Below the pieces are notes generated by a model. That model saw nothing but the letters and a program-made list of their open reading frames with translations. It had not been told where the DNA came from and made no database searches. Of a DNA stretch of 40,351 bases, positions 35,400-40,351 are shown piece after piece. The translations under genes and the position numbers were made by a program. Origin of the DNA: Octopus bimaculoides (lineage: Eukaryota); NCBI RefSeq assembly GCF_001194135.2, contig NC_068981.1:138782070-138822420 (forward strand), given 5' to 3'. How positions within the stretch are numbered: the stretch's first letter is position 1; every line of letters begins with the position of its first letter.

Positions 35400-36070
35400 T
35401 CAACATATACAATTTTTCATTTCTTTTTTAGCAGCAAGAATAATTGTTAATGCAAGCAACCTCTCCATCAACATTTAAAAAACAGCTGTTACTCAATCAA
35501 CATGAACTGTAGCTGTCACTTTGTCAATAACACGAGTAAGCCTCTCTGTCTACAAAGATAGTATATATATCCTATATCACCATGGAGAGTAGTTGTCTCT
35601 CTATAAACATCGACATTAACTGTCGTATAGTAATTTGACAGTAGTTGTCACCCAACCAACATGGATGGTAACTCTTTCTCTAGCAATTTGACAGAAGTTA
35701 TCACTCGATCAAACTCAAAGGTAGTTGTTACTTTCTGTCAACATGAACGTTAGCTGCCTCTGTCTCATTCATCATGGACAATAGCTACCACTCTGTCAAT
35801 ATGGAGAATATCTGACAGGCTGTCATTCTATCACCATTAAACTGTCATTCTACCAACATAGACAATAGCTTGCACTCTGCCACATCAGCAGTGTCTCTTT
35901 TTCACTAAGATTAGTAGTTGTTTCTCTATCAACACCGTAGAGCATCTCCCTAACATAAACAGCCATCTGTCGCTCTATGTCAATGACGGTAGCCTTTACT
36001 CTATCAAAAGGAGCAGTAGCTTATTTCGACAAACATGTAAAATAGCTGTCCCAAAGTCAACATGGCCAGT
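35400..36070. repeat. Degenerate ~27-bp minisatellite, consensus approximately CAACATGGACAGTAGCTGTCACTCTAT
   Basis: Units such as caacatgaactgtagctgtcactttgt (35498-35524), caccatggagagtagttgtctctctat, catcatggacaatagctaccactctgt and caacatagacaatagcttgcactctgc. Confidence 0.8.
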
Positions 36071-36144
36071 GTAGTGGATGTTACAAAAAATACAGACAGC
36101 TTCATTGAAATCTATCGACACTAGCAACACTATTCATGTTAAAG

Positions 36145-36189
<45 letters not shown>

Positions 36190-36192
<3 letters not shown>

Positions 36193-37401
36193 GGGTTGGA
36201 CAAAATCATCGAAACACCTTATAATTTCAAACAAATTTATTTTAATATGGAGTAGGTCTGCCTTTGGCAGTAATTACAGCTTGAATTCTACGAGGTATGA
36301 ATTCGTACAAAGTTTGAATGGTTTACAAAGGAATTCTTGTCCATTCTTCAGCTAAAACAGTCTCCAACTCTTGTAGTGATGATGGTGGAGGATATGGACA
36401 CCTTACCAAAATGCACCATAAATGTTCAATAATATTGAGATCTGAGGACTGTGCTGGCCAGATAAGATGTTCAACTTCTCTAGAATGTTCCTCATGCCAT
36501 TCAGTAACAACTTTAGCGGTGTGAATTAGTGCATTATCATCCTGAAAGATTGCGTTTCTCTCGGAAACAGTTCCGCAACCATAGGATGAATTTGGTCAGA
36601 TAAAATGCTTAAATAGTTTTGACTATTAATTCTGCCACAAAGGGAAACCATTGGGCCGGCGAATTTCCAAGATATAGCCCCCCACCCCCACCCGATCATC
36701 ATAGATCCTCCTCCATGTTTAACAGTTGGAAGAAGGCAATCTTGGTCAAATGCTTCTTTTGGCTGTCTCCATACGTATACTCGGCCAGTGGTCGGAAATA
36801 AGGTAAAGGATGACTCGTCCGAGAAAATAACATTCTTCCACTACTCTAGGTACCAGTTTTATAGCTTTTTACTCCATTCTAAACGCTTTACAACGTTTGC
36901 TTTTGAAATTAGTGTCTTTCTGATTGCAGCCCTCTCGTGAAATCCGGCTTTTTGCAGCTCTCAGCGTGGAAAATGGGTTCTCGAGGTGGTCATTAAGCTC
37001 TGTACTTTTGTGATCCTTTGTAATAATTTGCGTAAGAGTCTGACGGTCCCTATCTAAAAGTTTTGGTTTTCTTCCGGAATTTCGTTTGGACGAGGAGGTT
37101 TTTCCCTCTTTCTCAAAGGCTGTCATTACTTTCGGGACAGTACTTCTTGATACAACAAGCATTTCGGCTGTTTTCGTTACGCTAGCGCCTGCCATAAGAG
37201 CTCCAACAATTTGACCACTTTGAAAGTCCGGTAAATCTGTCATTTTAATGAATTTTAATTACCTTATTCTGATGATATCTGAAAAGAAACAGCAATTTTA
37301 GCAAAACATATTAAGCAACACTAATAATAAATCAAAGATCATAAAAATAAACAAGCTTTTGACGGTTTTATAGATATTTCAAAATTATGATGTTATGATG
37401 C
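36190..37401 (-). mobile_element. Tc1-family DNA transposon; the other TIR probably lies in the gap
   Basis: TA|CAGGGGTTGGACAAAATCATCGAAACACC terminus inserted in (TA)n, with the transposase on the minus strand. Confidence 0.92.
36242..37243 (-). pseudogene. Disrupted Tc1 transposase with DD36E spacing
   Basis: MTDLPDFQSGQIVGA...VSRSTV (paired-like HTH), GRKPKL, WKNVIFSDESSF, TVKHGGGSMM, FQDDNALIHTAKVV...WPAQSSDLNIIEHLW, then GRPTPY*. There are 36 residues between the D of DNA and the E of IEH. Frameshifts near 36960 and 36560. Confidence 0.88.
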
Positions 37402-38003
37402 NNNNNNNNNNNNNNNNNNNNNNNNNNNNNNNNNNNNNNNNNNNNNNNNNNNNNNNNNNNNNNNNNNNNNNNNNNNNNNNNNNNNNNNNNNNNNNNNNNN
37501 NNNNNNNNNNNNNNNNNNNNNNNNNNNNNNNNNNNNNNNNNNNNNNNNNNNNNNNNNNNNNNNNNNNNNNNNNNNNNNNNNNNNNNNNNNNNNNNNNNNN
37601 NNNNNNNNNNNNNNNNNNNNNNNNNNNNNNNNNNNNNNNNNNNNNNNNNNNNNNNNNNNNNNNNNNNNNNNNNNNNNNNNNNNNNNNNNNNNNNNNNNNN
37701 NNNNNNNNNNNNNNNNNNNNNNNNNNNNNNNNNNNNNNNNNNNNNNNNNNNNNNNNNNNNNNNNNNNNNNNNNNNNNNNNNNNNNNNNNNNNNNNNNNNN
37801 NNNNNNNNNNNNNNNNNNNNNNNNNNNNNNNNNNNNNNNNNNNNNNNNNNNNNNNNNNNNNNNNNNNNNNNNNNNNNNNNNNNNNNNNNNNNNNNNNNNN
37901 NNNNNNNNNNNNNNNNNNNNNNNNNNNNNNNNNNNNNNNNNNNNNNNNNNNNNNNNNNNNNNATATACATACATACATACATACATATATATATATATAA
38001 TCG

Positions 38004-38234
38004 AATAATAACATACGATGGATAATTGTCAGCTCATTACAGCTGTTACGTGACTTTTTAATAGGAGAATAAGAACATTACATCATTATAAAAGACCGTA
38101 ATCATCAGATGAAAAGTAATTTTACAAAACAATAGAACTTTAATAATGATGGAATGTTCTCATTCTTGTATTAAAAAAAGTTACATAACAAGCAGCTGTA
38201 ATGAGCTGACAATTATCCATCGTATGTTATTATT
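38004..38234. repeat. Fold-back element: 42-bp perfect terminal inverted repeat extending to imperfect arms of about 90 bp
   Basis: 38004-38045 (aataataacatacgatggataattgtcagctcattacagctg) is the exact reverse complement of 38193-38234. Confidence 0.92.
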
Positions 38235-39234
38235 TATTTGATTATAATACACCAAGGGAATCTACGACTTGTCGGACACCCTAGAGTATACCAACAACGT
38301 ACTATTCAAAGTAACGCATGGTTTGGACCAGCCCCTTAGACGCTAAATACTCATAGGGTTGGTTTTCTCTGTGTACACAACCGAAATATCCTATCTGATA
38401 GTTCGACTCTCACCAACCATAGACCGGAACCACAGACATTTCCCGACCCTAACTGGTGCATACCTTTTCAAATACCTGATTCCATCTGAATCTTCATCTT
38501 ACTTCATATATATATATATATATCNNNNNNNNNNNNNNNNNNNNNNNNNNNNNNNNNNNNNNNNNNNNNNNNNNNNNNNNNNNNNNNNNNNNNNNNNNNN
38601 NNNNNNNNNNNNNNNNNNNNNNNNNNNNNNNNNNNNNNNNNNNNNNNNNNNNNNNNNNNNNNNNNNNNNNNNNNNNNNNNNNNNNNNNNNNNNNNNNNNN
38701 NNNNNNNNNNNNNNNNNNNNNNNNNNNNNNNNNNNNNNNNNNNNNNNNNNNNNNNNNNNNNNNNNNNNNNNNNNNNNNNNNNNNNNNNNNNNNNNNNNNN
38801 NNNNNNNNNNNNNNNNNNNNNNNNNNNNNNNNNNNNNNNNNNNNNNNNNNNNNNNNNNNNNNNNNNNNNNNNNNNNNNNNNNNNNNNNNNNNNNNNNNNN
38901 NNNNNNNNNNNNNNNNNNNNNNNNNNNNNNNNNNNNNNNNNNNNNNNNNNNNNNNNNNNNNNNNNNNNNNNNNNNNNNNNNNNNNNNNNNNNNNNNNNNN
39001 NNNNNNNNNNNNNNNNNNNNNNNNNNNNNNNNNNNNNNNNNNNNNNNNNNNNNNNNNNNNNNNNNNNNNNNNNNNNNNNNNNNNNNNNNNNNNNNNNNNN
39101 NNNNNNNNNNNNNNNNNNNNNNNNNNNNNNNNNNNNNNNNNNNNNNNNNNNNNNNNNNNNNNNNNNNNNNNNNNNNNNNNNNNNNNNNNNNNNNNNNNNN
39201 NNNNNNNNNNATAGCTATCAGTGTTACAAAAACC

Positions 39235-39363
<129 letters not shown>

Positions 39364-40012
39364 TTGTACTTATACATGCAATATGTGTATAACTAAGGCA
39401 TACAATACTATGACATTTTCAGTATATATATAAATTGTCACATGGTGCTCTGTATGAGCTTAATAAATACATGTAAAGGTATGCACTGAAATATACTACT
39501 TAGTAACACTATGACCTATACTCGTAAATGTTACATTAAATATCTATTATATATACTCCAAACGTTATGGTTAATATTTGACATGCTTAGCACGATCTTC
39601 GCTTGAGAAAGAAGTTCGTTTCATTGGTTTACAAAAAGACAATACGTCGTTTCGCCGCGTATTACGAAAACCATGGTACCGTCAAGTTCATAAAAGATAA
39701 CGAAACGAACCACATACACTTTTACTTTTTTGTTTTCTCTTTCCTTTATTTATAGTATTTTTTCTTTACAATATTGTCTCCAAACAGGTGGCCGGTCGAA
39801 ATAAACTCCATTCCATTGTCTTGTTTTATCTTTTGGTTCTGTTACGTTATTCGCTGTTGTCTTTTTTTCCCTCGGTTTTCATTTATCACTTTGTTCAAAG
39901 CTTAAGTAGCCGTTCTCAACTTATTGTTGACCTTCAGTATAAAAATCTCCTATAAATAAATACTCTTCCACTCTCTACCTCCCCCTCTCTCTCTCTCTTT
40001 CTCTCTATTTAC

Positions 40013-40048
<36 letters not shown>

Positions 40049-40076
40049 TTATTTACCTATTTATCTGTCAATCTAT

Positions 40077-40113
<37 letters not shown>

Positions 40114-40133
40114 AATCTATAGTCTGTCATACC

Positions 40134-40173
40134 GGCCATGACGAAGGGAAATAGCCCTGAAACTCGAGTCGCC
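40134..40173 (+). ncRNA. Minimal type I (dimer-type) hammerhead-ribozyme-like motif, Penelope-associated style
   Basis: ggc c-a-TGACGA AGGG aaatag CCCT GAAAC TCGA GTC gcc. Perfect 4-bp stem II, palindromic stem III ACTCGAGT, GUC cleavage triplet and 3-bp stem I ggc/gcc. The one irregularity is CAUGACGA in place of CUGACGA. Confidence 0.65.
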
Positions 40174-40175
40174 TT

Positions 40176-40207
<32 letters not shown>

Positions 40208-40351
40208 TATATATTTGATCCTTTATATTGAACACTCAATATTTCATCTACATTCAATACTTTCTTTCATGGTGCCATCCATTTTTATTTTATTTTATTT
40301 TATATTGTATATTGTATATTATATTATATATTGTATATTCCATATTCTATA

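Overview
AT-rich animal genomic DNA, most likely an octopod cephalopod (inferred from the SINE families and the very high density of TA/CA/GA/TACA/GATA microsatellites). It comes from a short-read scaffold with nine N-gaps, most of them bounded by microsatellites. I can support no intact host protein-coding gene, tRNA or rRNA; nearly all long ORFs in the track are microsatellite or N-gap artefacts. The window is a transposon graveyard. It holds more than 20 tRNA-derived SINE copies built from interchangeable modules, an RTE-type LINE 3' end with twin C2H2-like fingers, an internally deleted mariner, and a decayed Penelope-like element (RT + GIY-YIG). It also holds a 5'-truncated R2-superfamily (R4/Dong-like) retrotransposon with a CCHC knuckle and REL endonuclease, a hAT (Buster/Charlie type) with both TIRs and a perfect 8-bp TSD, a non-autonomous Helitron, and a Tc1 element with DD36E spacing. 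Best leads: (1) the REL retrotransposon sits in (TACA)n arrays at two independent sites, suggesting microsatellite targeting or seeding; (2) three different minimal hammerhead-ribozyme-like motifs, one nearly intact at 40134-40173; (3) the DD36E Tc1; (4) two fold-back hairpin elements; (5) direct evidence of SINE module shuffling and inverted SINE pairs; (6) a degenerate 27-bp (9-codon) minisatellite. Family names come from motif recognition by eye, not database searches, and many boundaries are approximate.
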